IMG/VR virus record: IMGVR_UViG_3300039216_000106
Span: 721 to 64,720 of that record
DNA length: 64,000 nucleotides
Reading direction: 5' to 3' (one strand)
From: a virus
The notes under the pieces: generated by a model
Seen by the model: the letters and a program-made list of their open reading frames with translations, nothing else
Told to the model about the DNA's origin: nothing
Database searches by the model: none
Translations under genes and position numbers: made by a program
Shown here: in pieces, positions 17,804 to 26,614 of the stretch
How the letters are laid out: every line of letters starts with the position of its first letter
Numbering within the stretch: the stretch's first letter is position 1

Positions 17804-18537
17804 TGCGCTGCCTTCTGGGTTCGGACCTTCAGCCAGTGCTTCGCGTTGGCCTTGATATCGCGGTCCATGTCGCTCTTGTCCACGATCCACGATAGGTAAT
17901 CGAGCGGGACATCATCCCACTTGGCGCCCTTGTGCTTGCCGAAATTCACGCGCGGGAGCAGCGCCGGGCCGTTCGACCATCGAACCATGTCATCGATCGA
18001 GACTTTCCCCGATTCCAGTTCCATAACCAGAAGGTGCGCCGTAACATAGGCGTCGGGGCCGGCGCGGTGCGGCGGCATGGCGAGCGTTTCGTCATCAATC
18101 TGTAACGGGAGGAAGTAACGCAGGAATTGGTTGCTGTGGTGGCTGGCGTCGGGCCAAAGGCGTAACGCGACCTTGAAAGTGCAGATCCATTTCACGTCGT
18201 TCGTGATGAACTTGCGCTCAAAATCGGCGTTGTGGGCTGCGAAGTAATTTGCGCCGCCGCCCATCACATTGGCCAGAACATCGGCGGCCGTGGGCATCGC
18301 GGCAACTTCCGCGTCTCGGATATGGTGGACCGCCATGGCTTCCGGCGGGATCGGGCGCCCTGGGTTGCAGAGTTGCGATCCCCACCGGCCCGGTTCAATC
18401 CAAGCCCGCACCGCACCCGGAACCGGGTCATCCAGTTTGACCGCAATATCACACCAGCCGATTTCGACAATTTCGGCGCCGCCCTCGGCTTCCGGCATTC
18501 CCGTCGTTTCACAATCGATCGAGCGTATCCTGATCAT
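17800..18537 (-). CDS. DEDDh 3'-5' exonuclease (DnaQ/ExoX-like) with extra C-terminal domain
   Basis: Contains SIDCETTG (Exo I), AAHNADFERKF (Exo II) and HRAGPDAYVTAHL (Exo III, H-x4-D). The C-terminus is KHKGAKWDDVPLDYLSWIV. Confidence 0.8.
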   Translation of the reverse strand: MIRIRSIDCETTGMPEAEGGAEIVEIGWCDIAVKLDDPVPGAVRAWIEPGRWGSQLCNPGRPIPPEAMAVHHIRDAEVAAMPTAADVLANVMGGGANYFAAHNADFERKFITNDVKWICTFKVALRLWPDASHHSNQFLRYFLPLQIDDETLAMPPHRAGPDAYVTAHLLVMELESGKVSIDDMVRWSNGPALLPRVNFGKHKGAKWDDVPLDYLSWIVDKSDMDRDIKANAKHWLKVRTQKAAQ

Positions 18538-18764
18538 TTCACCCGCACCCCTTTGACCATGTCCGCCAGTTCACACCCGACCGCGCCAGCAATCCGCGCC
18601 AGTTCAAACAGCGGCACCGGCCGCTCCCCGCGTTCGTAACGCGAGATTTCCGAAAAGTCCCTGCCGGCGCATTTGGCCAGCGCTTCAAGGGTAAGGCCAG
18701 CGCTGATGCGCCGCGCCCTGATTCTGGCGCCGATCTCGGTGTAGAATTTGGCTTGCTTGGTCAC
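18534..18764 (-). CDS. XRE-family HTH protein (small)
   Basis: GTG start at 18764 is preceded by GAGGTGA. Contains IGARIRARRISAGLTLEALAKCAGRDFSEISRYERGERPVPLFEL. Confidence 0.65.
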   Translation of the reverse strand: MTKQAKFYTEIGARIRARRISAGLTLEALAKCAGRDFSEISRYERGERPVPLFELARIAGAVGCELADMVKGVRVK

Positions 18765-18858
18765 GACTTCACCTCGAATGCCTGCAATGGCGTCCCCGTT
18801 TTGATGTAGAGTGGGTGTTTCGGCGCGGCGGCTTCTTGGGGTGCATTGGGCAATCTGC

Positions 18859-19077
18859 CTAAAAAGGGATTTCTCCGTCGTCCATAACGTCGTCACCCGT
18901 CTTGTGCCAATCGACATCCCGCTTGATGGCAAAGCCTTCGCTGCCGAGAACGAAGAACGCGACGGCCGGGTTCATACGAGCAAGGCGAGCCGCTTCTGTT
19001 CGCGCCGCCTCGAATGAATCGTGCCGGTATGTTGTGATGTTGCTGTTGTTGGCGAGAACCATCCAGAATTTGTTCAT
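18859..19077 (-). CDS. Hypothetical protein
   Basis: 72-aa ORF within the minus-strand operon. Confidence 0.45.
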   Translation of the reverse strand: MNKFWMVLANNSNITTYRHDSFEAARTEAARLARMNPAVAFFVLGSEGFAIKRDVDWHKTGDDVMDDGEIPF

Positions 19078-19078
19078 G

Positions 19079-19282
19079 TTAACCTCCGTTCGAAGCGGTG
19101 AAGTCGCCGCACCAATCGCCTGCGTTTGTATCCGGCCAATTGAGATTTGGCATGTATGTGATGGGATGCTGATTATCCAAAGGCCATGAAGCCCACTGCG
19201 GGGGATGACGGCGACACTGGCCTTGATACCACCATTTGCATTTACCGCACGCTATGCCGTCTGGGCTCCATGTTTCAGCCAT
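19079..19282 (-). CDS. Hypothetical Cys/Trp-rich small protein
   Basis: 67 aa with CGKCKWW..GQC....C. Tightly packed between its neighbours. Confidence 0.45.
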   Translation of the reverse strand: MAETWSPDGIACGKCKWWYQGQCRRHPPQWASWPLDNQHPITYMPNLNWPDTNAGDWCGDFTASNGG

Positions 19283-19670
19283 TTTTAACCTCTTTCGGGT
19301 CAGACCATTTTACGTCATGTTCTGCGCCAAATGCACCGATCAATTCAAGCAAATCCGACAACTCAGACTTTGTCATCTTCGACGTGCTCATGCCGACCGG
19401 AACGAATGAGCCGGTGTCGATTCCGGGAACAACGCGCGTCTTGCGGAGCGATGCGGTAAAGATCGTTTTCCAGTCATCTGACGACAGTTTCGTGCCGTAC
19501 CAGACCACCTGCTCGGAAACGTCGTTCAGCATCGCCCACAACTTCGCGTTTTGGTCGAGGCTTCGCGTTGGTTCCTTAATCTCGACGCGGTAACCGTCCG
19601 GCGCTAACCGGATCGCGGCGCATGCCCGCTCGCGGATTTCTGGCGATCTGAGGTATAATATTTGCCGCAT
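19275..19670 (-). CDS. ninB: NinB/Orf-family recombination mediator
   Basis: Contains EIKEPTRSLDQNAKLWAMLNDVSEQVVWYG..L...DWK, a NinB-like pattern. ATG at 19670 lies 1 nt after the upstream stop. Confidence 0.65.
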   Translation of the reverse strand: MRQILYLRSPEIRERACAAIRLAPDGYRVEIKEPTRSLDQNAKLWAMLNDVSEQVVWYGTKLSSDDWKTIFTASLRKTRVVPGIDTGSFVPVGMSTSKMTKSELSDLLELIGAFGAEHDVKWSDPKEVKNG

Positions 19671-19671
19671 A

Positions 19672-19908
19672 TCAAATGAAGCCTTTGTCCTTTGCCAGCC
19701 ACTCAGGCATCGCGAATGTGCCGTCGCCGTTGTCTTCAACCTGAGACTTCGGAACCCATTCCGTCTTGGCGCCGTCAAACAGGCGATATGCCTTGTCGGT
19801 CTCGCCCTTCACTTCTGCGGAAATGTCGATCAGGTCGGACTTGCGACATTCGTTATCTCGGCTCATGGCTTCAGCTTTCATCATCGTCATCTTCTGGGTC
19901 TTCGTCAT
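19672..19908 (-). CDS. Hypothetical protein
   Basis: 78-aa ORF. Several in-frame Met starts are possible (19908-19866). Confidence 0.4.
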   Translation of the reverse strand: MTKTQKMTMMKAEAMSRDNECRKSDLIDISAEVKGETDKAYRLFDGAKTEWVPKSQVEDNGDGTFAMPEWLAKDKGFI

Positions 19909-20176
19909 GATCCAAAACGCTCTGGGTCATTCCAATGGCGATTACGGTGCTGGCCGTGATAATGCCATACGGGTGAGGTGGTGTAGGAACGGGACGGGCG
20001 TCGAATGCTGCCTGCCGTTCCTTGTCCACGTCTGCAAAATCGCGCCGCCACAGCCAATATGCGCCCGGCATGGAACATGTTTCATTCCATCCGAACCGCT
20101 TCAAATAGGCTCTCTGAGCCTCCACAACGTCGTCTTCTGCATCGCAGATGGCTGCATGGGTTCCAAGTTTTCGCAT
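19871..20176 (-). CDS. Hypothetical acidic-tailed protein
   Basis: 101 aa counted from the ATG at 20176, just after the RecT stop. The C-terminus is DHDEDPEDDDDES. Confidence 0.4.
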   Translation of the reverse strand: MRKLGTHAAICDAEDDVVEAQRAYLKRFGWNETCSMPGAYWLWRRDFADVDKERQAAFDARPVPTPPHPYGIITASTVIAIGMTQSVLDHDEDPEDDDDES

Positions 20177-20177
20177 C

Positions 20178-21440
20178 TTACCGCTTCGCCTTCCTGCTGA
20201 ACACCTTTTGCCGGGCGTAAAAGGCCGCCTTCCAGATAGACCTGAGGTCTTCACGCCCGGCTTGGTCGCATTCCATCGAAACCTGATCGTCAAGCGCGTT
20301 CAGCGGATCAAGGTCAAGCATCTCGGATTCCTTGATCTGATCGCGAACCCAATCGGCGAGCTGGTCAACCGTATTGATGTCAACGGGTTTCGGTGGCTCC
20401 GGCGCCTTCGGTGGCGAAGGAGGTGACGGCGGCGATGGTGGAGAAGCGGGGGCTTGCGGGGGGACGCTTTCCGCTTCTTCCTGGGGCTCATCGCCGCCGC
20501 CGTTCAGTTCCCGAAGCGCGACGCGATCAAGTTGCGCGTCTACATCTTCGGGGATAGGGTCGATTGTGTTGAGGGCGTGGCCCGGATTGTTTGTGATAGC
20601 CTTGGGCGCCGGTGGTGGACTTGGCGGTGATGCCAGCGCAGCGGGTTCGGCAACGCGCTCACGGCCAAAGTTGAACATCTCGTCATCGCGTGTCACGATG
20701 CGGTCCAGGCCGTCGCTTACTGGGACGGTTTTGATACCCCTGCGCAGAACCGTCTTGCGCCACGCCTCCGTGGTGAAAGTCCCCCACATCAGCCCGTCAG
20801 GGTCCTTGGATTGGGCGCGGACATCGGCGATTTCAAGGTCGTACATAACCTCACGGTGCAGAATTTCTCCGGTGCCTTCCCGCTTGAAAATGGCATAGGC
20901 GCCGATCATAGCACCGCGCGGCGCGTTCAGCTTCTTGGGCGGCCGGTGCGTGATATGGGGGTTGTCGCCTTCCTCCCGGTCCCATTCGTCATTTTCGTAG
21001 ACGACTTGGGTGTTGATGATAAGGTGGTCGAGTTCGCGGGCGCGCTTGCGAATGCCGTGCGTCATCGGAATATATTGCGCGGTCGGCACCCACTGGTCTT
21101 TCTGACCAAACTTGCCTTTGACCTTCGTCTTGTAGACGTTGATCACGGCTTCTTTGCCGTCCGGGATAAGACCGTCTTGGGCAGACTTGGTGATGGCGGA
21201 AAACAGGGACCGCGGCGATGCGTTGAGGACTTCCGGCTTTTGCCGGACGGCGGCCAGAACCGAATTCATAAACCGCTGACGACTGACATCGCTGGGCAGC
21301 ATCGACATGATGGCCGTCTCGCGCGATTTCAGTTCAGATTCGAACGCCTCCCACGTCGCCAGCGCGCGGCTCTGGCGCGGCTGATCGGCTGGCGGGGGTG
21401 ACGGCGGGCCGGCCTGTTCGGTGGTTCCGGTGTCGCTCAT
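20178..21440 (-). CDS. recT: RecT-family single-strand annealing protein with Pro-rich linker and extra C-terminal domain
   Basis: RecT-like core: FMNSVLAAVRQKPEVLNASPRSLFSAITKSAQDGLIPDGKEA...GAYAIFK...WRKTVLRRGIK. Followed by PPSPPSPPSPP linkers. Confidence 0.8.
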   Translation of the reverse strand: MSDTGTTEQAGPPSPPPADQPRQSRALATWEAFESELKSRETAIMSMLPSDVSRQRFMNSVLAAVRQKPEVLNASPRSLFSAITKSAQDGLIPDGKEAVINVYKTKVKGKFGQKDQWVPTAQYIPMTHGIRKRARELDHLIINTQVVYENDEWDREEGDNPHITHRPPKKLNAPRGAMIGAYAIFKREGTGEILHREVMYDLEIADVRAQSKDPDGLMWGTFTTEAWRKTVLRRGIKTVPVSDGLDRIVTRDDEMFNFGRERVAEPAALASPPSPPPAPKAITNNPGHALNTIDPIPEDVDAQLDRVALRELNGGGDEPQEEAESVPPQAPASPPSPPSPPSPPKAPEPPKPVDINTVDQLADWVRDQIKESEMLDLDPLNALDDQVSMECDQAGREDLRSIWKAAFYARQKVFSRKAKR

Positions 21441-21730
21441 TTGCGTGATCCAATGTTGTGTTGTTCGTCAAATGGGCGTTGGTCGCCAGTCAAGAGGCCG
21501 ATCATCACGGCAGGAATTCGTTTTTTCTTCGAATTCTTGGGCAATCCTTCGGTGTCTACGTATTCGCCAAACCCCTTTTTCCGAGGGTATGGGTTTGGGC
21601 GACGAACAACCAGCGTCAACCGACAGGCGCCCAGCACCTCGTAATAGCCGTCTTCTGAGGCCATATTCACGACAATAGCCTCCGGTGGAAGTTGCTGTAG
21701 GCGGGTAATCAAATCTGCAACGGTAAACAT
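21437..21730 (-). CDS. Hypothetical protein
   Basis: 97-aa ORF overlapping the RecT start by 4 nt. Confidence 0.45.
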   Translation of the reverse strand: MFTVADLITRLQQLPPEAIVVNMASEDGYYEVLGACRLTLVVRRPNPYPRKKGFGEYVDTEGLPKNSKKKRIPAVMIGLLTGDQRPFDEQHNIGSRK

Positions 21731-21740
21731 GACAATCCCT

Positions 21741-23630
21741 CTATCGAACGTCCATTTCTTCCGTCACCGTGACGCCGGGTACGGTTGACCCGGCCTCGCA
21801 GAACCGTTTCGCAGCCTTGGCGATGGCTTCGACCACGCCCGCATCGTTACGGACGAAGGCATAGGCGGCGTCTTGGTCCGTTACCGAATAAACCTTGATC
21901 ATCTTCTTGGTCGCGGCGCGTCCATAACCTCCGCGTATTGTCGCGCTAGGCGCGGGCTGAGGTGGCGCGGGCGGCGGTGGCGGGGGAGGAGGCGGCACAG
22001 GCTTGCCAGCCTCAATCGCGGCCAGACGGGCTTGCTCTGCCTTCCTGGCGGCTTCCAGCGCCAGCCGCTCGGTCTCGCGCTGCTTGGCCAGCTTGCGGTT
22101 TTCGTGGTCGCGGATCGCGACGCGGATCGCGTCGGCGGCGGCTTTCGCGGTATCGCGGAGCGGGAACCAGCGCTTGTCAACGGCGCGGCCAGCCTCAAGG
22201 TGAGGCGCCTTTTCCTTGTCGTGCTGCTTATCAGCTGTACCGGCCAATTCGAGCAGCCGCGACCGGGCGCCTTGTGCCTTCGCCGCCGTTTCGTCGTCGG
22301 TGATGGTCTTGTACGCTGTCGCGTTTTTCGAAGCGGATTCGATTTGCTCGCGAAGCTCTTCGGCTTCGTCTTTCGGCGGATTGTTGGCACCGGGCTCGGT
22401 CGAGGCTTCCGGCGCTTCCAAGGATTCCAGGACACCAGCGTCATCGTCGGGCCACTTGCCGGTCTGTTCCCAGGTGCGGTAAAATTCCTCGGTCACGGGA
22501 TACCGCACAACCCAAGTCCATAAGCTGAGTGCGTCGGTGATGGTTGGCGGGTTGCGGCCGATCATGGCCACAAGTTCGTCGCTTTCTCCGGGGAATATCG
22601 CCACCCCCGTGAACGGGCCGCCCTTCGACATGCGTTTGCGCCAAAATCCGCATTCCGGTTCCGTTTCATGGATTGGGCCGACATTACCGGCAAGCGCGTT
22701 GCGCCAGAATTCGTAGAGGTCTTTTCCCATTGCGTTCTCCTTGGTGTCTGGATACACGGCTTCAACCTGCCTTGTCAACATGGCAAACTCCATATTTCGG
22801 AGGAATGCCAAAAGCGCCACAGGGTCGGGGCCACGGACGGCGAAGGTATCAGGCCGAACCGTGACGGCAACGTGATCATTGAGCGTGACCAACCGGAGCG
22901 ACAGGCGCGCCTTGTCGGCGTTATCCATCACGGCGGCGCGGCGCTTGGGTTGTTTGATCTCGCCAGCGCGGGCAAGCAGCGTTTCCAGATCGCCATAGGC
23001 GTTGATCAGTTCAGCGGCGGTCTTGATACCGATACCCGGTACCCCCGGCACGTTGTCGGTGGAATCGCCCGCTAGCGATTGCACGTCCACCACCTTGGAC
23101 GGCGGCACGCCGAATTTTTCGATCACTTCGGCCGAGCCGATGGCCTTGTTCTTCATGCCGTCGAAGAGTTGCACCTGGCCATCGACGACAAGCTGCATCA
23201 GGTCCTTGTCGGACGACACGACGGTGACGCGGGCACCGGCCTCGCGCGCCAGCCGTGCATAGGTGGCGATAAGGTCATCCGCTTCGAACCCGGCCAATTC
23301 GACGCAAGAGACGCCAAAGGCCCGCGTAGCGTCTCGCACCAGCGGAATTTGCGGTCTAAGGTCTTCCGGGACCGGCGGCCGATTGGCCTTGTACGCGGGG
23401 TAAATGTCGTTCCGGAACGTGTGTTTTCCGGCGTCGAAGATTACCGCAACGTGCGTGGGCCGGTCGCCGTTTTGCATGTCGGCAAGTAGGCGCCACAGCA
23501 TGTTGCAGTAGCCGGAAACCGCGCCGGTCGGAAGCCCATCGGACTTTCGGGTCAGCGGCGGCAAGGCATGATAGGCCCGGAACAAATATCCGGACCCATC
23601 AATGAGGTAGAGGTGATCGCCGCGGGTCAT
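21741..23630 (-). CDS. 5'-3' exonuclease (Pol I N-terminal / FEN family) fused to about 340 aa of uncharacterised domains
   Basis: The N-terminus (LYLIDGSGYLFRAYHALPPL..GLPTGAV...AVIFDAG..TFRN..YP.YKANR...GFEADDLIAT...VVSSDKDLMQLV) matches the 53EXO signature. This is followed by unknown sequence, a coiled coil and a P9 linker. Confidence 0.8.
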   Translation of the reverse strand: MTRGDHLYLIDGSGYLFRAYHALPPLTRKSDGLPTGAVSGYCNMLWRLLADMQNGDRPTHVAVIFDAGKHTFRNDIYPAYKANRPPVPEDLRPQIPLVRDATRAFGVSCVELAGFEADDLIATYARLAREAGARVTVVSSDKDLMQLVVDGQVQLFDGMKNKAIGSAEVIEKFGVPPSKVVDVQSLAGDSTDNVPGVPGIGIKTAAELINAYGDLETLLARAGEIKQPKRRAAVMDNADKARLSLRLVTLNDHVAVTVRPDTFAVRGPDPVALLAFLRNMEFAMLTRQVEAVYPDTKENAMGKDLYEFWRNALAGNVGPIHETEPECGFWRKRMSKGGPFTGVAIFPGESDELVAMIGRNPPTITDALSLWTWVVRYPVTEEFYRTWEQTGKWPDDDAGVLESLEAPEASTEPGANNPPKDEAEELREQIESASKNATAYKTITDDETAAKAQGARSRLLELAGTADKQHDKEKAPHLEAGRAVDKRWFPLRDTAKAAADAIRVAIRDHENRKLAKQRETERLALEAARKAEQARLAAIEAGKPVPPPPPPPPPAPPQPAPSATIRGGYGRAATKKMIKVYSVTDQDAAYAFVRNDAGVVEAIAKAAKRFCEAGSTVPGVTVTEEMDVR

Positions 23631-23911
23631 TCTGGTTCGCGCAGTTCTTCCGGCAGTTCCCGCTTTTCGAACTGGTATGGCAGAACGCCGTTGAGCGGCT
23701 TGGTCACGAACTTGTAAAGGTATGAGCCGATGGAATCGGCGTTTTGCAGGTGTTCCCAGGCGTCGATGCCGAAGCCGGAATAGACGTACAGTGCCGGGGT
23801 GCGGCGGAACACGATGGATAGTTGCCTAGTTTTGAAGTTGTATTCGACGTAGCGAACCTGAGACGACTTGGCGATCTTTTCGGCAAAGGTCAGGGAGGTG
23901 GGTTCAGACAT
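23627..23911 (-). CDS. KTSC-domain-like protein
   Basis: 94 aa. VRYVEYNFKTRQLSIVFRRTPALYVYSGFGIDAWEHLQNADSIGSYL resembles the KTSC domain pattern. Confidence 0.45.
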   Translation of the reverse strand: MSEPTSLTFAEKIAKSSQVRYVEYNFKTRQLSIVFRRTPALYVYSGFGIDAWEHLQNADSIGSYLYKFVTKPLNGVLPYQFEKRELPEELREPE

Positions 23912-23945
23912 CAGAATGGTTCCTTTGATGGGATTTCGGAATCGA

Positions 23946-24497
23946 TTATTGGTTTGGCTTGCAAACCCACTTCGGATCGATAGGTGATGTCTTGGTGAAG
24001 ACCTGCGGCTCGCTGTAGCTGACTTCGTTCTTGCCGGTTGTCGGGTTGAGTTGCATCAGCCAAGTGGCGTCTTCCGAGGCCGGTTTGAATGTGGTGTCGG
24101 GATCAGCCTGCGACATGAGTTCGTAGCAGTAGTGGCCGGAAATGTCGCGGCAGATATCCACGGCCTTTTGGGGGTTGGTCATCTGCGTGGCGCCGGGGAC
24201 AGGGTAACCGAACGTGTGTTCATCGCCGCCGAGAGGGACGTAGCAATTGTGCATCTGAGAGAAGTGGTAGGAGTAGGTCGGGATTTGCTGGTCCTGGGCT
24301 TCATAGGCCGCCTTCAGGGTCCGGCGAGTAGCGAAGTGAGTGATGGTAGGCAACGGAACTTGAGCGACCGCCTGGGCCGTGATGTCTTCCTGCTCATGTT
24401 GGTCTTGAACGTCGGCAGTGTTTGTGGGTGCCTTATCGCAAGCGGCGAGAGTGATGCTGCCCAGGGCGAAGATTGCAAAGATTGCAGTGCGGTTCAT
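23946..24497 (-). CDS. Secreted lipoprotein (unknown function)
   Basis: MNRTAIFAIFALGSITLAAC is a signal peptide with a lipobox. Confidence 0.6.
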   Translation of the reverse strand: MNRTAIFAIFALGSITLAACDKAPTNTADVQDQHEQEDITAQAVAQVPLPTITHFATRRTLKAAYEAQDQQIPTYSYHFSQMHNCYVPLGGDEHTFGYPVPGATQMTNPQKAVDICRDISGHYCYELMSQADPDTTFKPASEDATWLMQLNPTTGKNEVSYSEPQVFTKTSPIDPKWVCKPNQ

Positions 24498-24521
24498 GGC
24501 TGGTTCTTTCTGGTTTATGGT

Positions 24522-24836
24522 TCAGTTGTAGGCCGCGGCGCGCACGTCGGCCGGTACTGGAAAGTCTGGCGGAAGGTGATTGATTTTGTCGCGAAGAGCA
24601 GCCTGTGAGGAGGCTTTGGCGGCAGGATCGGAAGCGCGGTTAATCTGGTCGCGCATGTCGCGAAGGTCGGACAGATTGCCGTTGATGTAGCTTGGCGTCT
24701 GTTGATAGACGTTCCGCTCAACGGTTTTGAACTTCGGTGCCCAAAACGCATAGGTGCCGTAATTGATGGCTATGCCGGTCCATGTCACGGCGACGAAGCA
24801 GAGAAGGGCAAGAATACCAATTCCAAACGCTTTCAT
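24522..24836 (-). CDS. Membrane-anchored protein (N-terminal TM helix)
   Basis: 104 aa. MKAFGIGILALLCFVAVTWTGIAI is hydrophobic. Confidence 0.5.
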   Translation of the reverse strand: MKAFGIGILALLCFVAVTWTGIAINYGTYAFWAPKFKTVERNVYQQTPSYINGNLSDLRDMRDQINRASDPAAKASSQAALRDKINHLPPDFPVPADVRAAAYN

Positions 24837-24869
24837 GTTGGTTTCCTTCTACCGATGGGTTGCGGATTG

Positions 24870-24971
24870 TTAGTTTTGTTCGATGGTTTGCGGCGCCGTC
24901 TGTTCGTAAACCGCGCTCGCAACGCAGAGCACGACGACAGATAGCGCCATGAGTAGGATGGACAGGTACAT
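24870..24971 (-). CDS. Possible 33-aa single-TM peptide
   Basis: MYLSILLMALSVVVLCVASAVYEQ... fills the gap between neighbouring genes. No clear RBS. Confidence 0.25.
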   Translation of the reverse strand: MYLSILLMALSVVVLCVASAVYEQTAPQTIEQN

Positions 24972-25000
24972 GCTGAGGCGGTGGCAGCGGTGTGCGCGGG

Positions 25001-25267
25001 TCAAAGCACAAACCTCCAGAGGAAGCAGGCCGCTGCGATGAACACGACCAATCCGACCGCCGCCGCGACAGTCTTCCGAAGTGGCTCGGTCGGGCAGATC
25101 GGTTCGCACTGTGATATTTCGCAGTGGTAGTTGTTTTTTATGGGAACAACATCGCTGTTGATGCGATCTTCTTCCGCCATCTGCTCGCAAATGGCGATTC
25201 CGGCGGCGGTGTAATCAGGCTTGGTGCCAGTGAGGCCGAAGTGTCTCGGATCGTTTTGAATGCTCAT
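25001..25267 (-). CDS. Cys-rich protein with C-terminal TM anchor
   Basis: 88 aa. The C-terminus is AAAVGLVVFIAAACFLWRFVL. Confidence 0.45.
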   Translation of the reverse strand: MSIQNDPRHFGLTGTKPDYTAAGIAICEQMAEEDRINSDVVPIKNNYHCEISQCEPICPTEPLRKTVAAAVGLVVFIAAACFLWRFVL

Positions 25268-25578
25268 TTTGCAGCCTTTTTCTTGCGCGCGTTGGCGAGA
25301 GATTCGACGTTGTCGAGTTGCACGACTTCAACCTTCTTGGCCTTCTCAGCGGTTTTCGCCGCCCGTGCCATGGCGATCTTGCCGCGCCGCATATATTCTT
25401 TCATCGGGATAGAAGCGCCATCCTCGGTCACCTCGGCGACCAACGCGGCCGGGTCCATGGCTTGTGCCGCCAGATGTTCCAGTGCTTGCTTGACGGCATA
25501 GGCAAAATCTTGGTCATGGCCAGCAGTGACGATGGTGCGGGTGCCGGAAGCGGTGCGGACGCGGATCGAGAGTTTCAT
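25264..25578 (-). CDS. Hypothetical protein
   Basis: 104-aa ORF with 4-nt overlaps on both sides. Lys-rich C-terminus. Confidence 0.45.
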   Translation of the reverse strand: MKLSIRVRTASGTRTIVTAGHDQDFAYAVKQALEHLAAQAMDPAALVAEVTEDGASIPMKEYMRRGKIAMARAAKTAEKAKKVEVVQLDNVESLANARKKKAAK

Positions 25579-25862
25579 TCCACCGTCTCCGTTGCGGCTC
25601 GGATCGCAGTTGCGCCGCGCTCCGTCATCCAGGTTTCATCCGAAAGCGCGTCGGGTAGAATACCGTCCAGCGCGTCGAAAAGTTCTTCCATGACGACGGA
25701 GAACGCTTTCGCCATGCACTCACGGTCGCCGCAGTTATCAGTGTCATGTCCCCAGCGGTCGCGAACGTAAATCACCGGATCAACGCCGTACACGAGAGAT
25801 GCGCCACACACCGCGCATTGCCGCTGGTTGGCTTCAAAAGGGATCGGGGCGCCGTAGCTCAT
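25575..25862 (-). CDS. Hypothetical Cys-containing protein
   Basis: 95 aa counted from the ATG at 25862 (ATGA overlap with the upstream stop). Contains CAVCG....C. Confidence 0.45.
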   Translation of the reverse strand: MSYGAPIPFEANQRQCAVCGASLVYGVDPVIYVRDRWGHDTDNCGDRECMAKAFSVVMEELFDALDGILPDALSDETWMTERGATAIRAATETVE

Positions 25863-26212
25863 GGCAGCACCTCGACGGTAATCCGATACTTGCAGCCCGC
25901 TTTGTCTGTGACATCGATGGTCTTTGTCAGAGATTGAAGCCATCCATCGGCGTGCAGATCGGATTGGACGCGGCTTATCTCCGCAATGTGGCGCTCAGGA
26001 TCGGCGGAAAGGCCGTCGCGAACGATCTTTGCGACGTATGGGCCGATTGGGATCGAATGCGGGCGAAGCGCGGCGACGATTTGGTTGGTTGTTTCTGACA
26101 CTGTATTGTCAGGGGCCGTTTTCTCCGGCGACATACCGAGTTCGGCGCGCTGATACGGCAGCAACTCGCCGTCCATCAGAAGTTCTTCGCAGTGGCTCGA
26201 TGCACAATTCAT
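25859..26212 (-). CDS. Hypothetical protein, first gene of the leftward operon
   Basis: ATG at 26212 is preceded by GAGGA at 8 nt. An alternative TTG start lies at 26239. Confidence 0.45.
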   Translation of the reverse strand: MNCASSHCEELLMDGELLPYQRAELGMSPEKTAPDNTVSETTNQIVAALRPHSIPIGPYVAKIVRDGLSADPERHIAEISRVQSDLHADGWLQSLTKTIDVTDKAGCKYRITVEVLP

Positions 26213-26338
26213 ATCCGGGTCCTCGTGACTGACAAGCAAGCGTTACACCCGGCTTGTCGCGGTGGCAAGAGAATAATTCGCCCGTACCGAAATTATTTTG
26301 CTTGCGTCGGACACCGGCCCCGCGGTATTCATAATGGC
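26213..26338. promoter_or_regulatory. Divergent early control region with inverted repeat AATAATT-N12-AATTATT (26272-26297) and one GCGTTAC box (26240)
   Basis: 126-bp gap between the leftward operon and the rightward Cro-like gene. CATAAT lies 2 nt (26336-26337) upstream of the rightward ATG at 26339. Confidence 0.4.
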
Positions 26339-26614
26339 ATGATGCTACGAACCTGGCGCAAAGAGCGCAAATTGACCTTTGAGAAAGCGACAGAAGCCCT
26401 TGGCGTCGGCTCGCAAAGCAGCGTCTACGACTGGGAAAACGGTATATCTCTGCCAAATCCTGAAACGATTTCCCAGATTGAAGGCGCGACGGACGGCTTG
26501 GTTACTTTCTTCGACCACTTTACCGCGTGGTGCCTCGCACACAAGGGTTTGCGCCGCGAAAGGCTGGCCGCCGGTCGGCGCGCGGCGAAGGAATGGGAAG
26601 ACGCACATGGCTAA
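26339..26614 (+). CDS. Cro/CI-type HTH regulator, first gene of the rightward operon
   Basis: Contains MMLRTWRKERKLTFEKATEALGVGSQSSVYDWENGISLPNPETISQI, an HTH_XRE pattern. Confidence 0.7.
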   Translation: MMLRTWRKERKLTFEKATEALGVGSQSSVYDWENGISLPNPETISQIEGATDGLVTFFDHFTAWCLAHKGLRRERLAAGRRAAKEWEDAHG

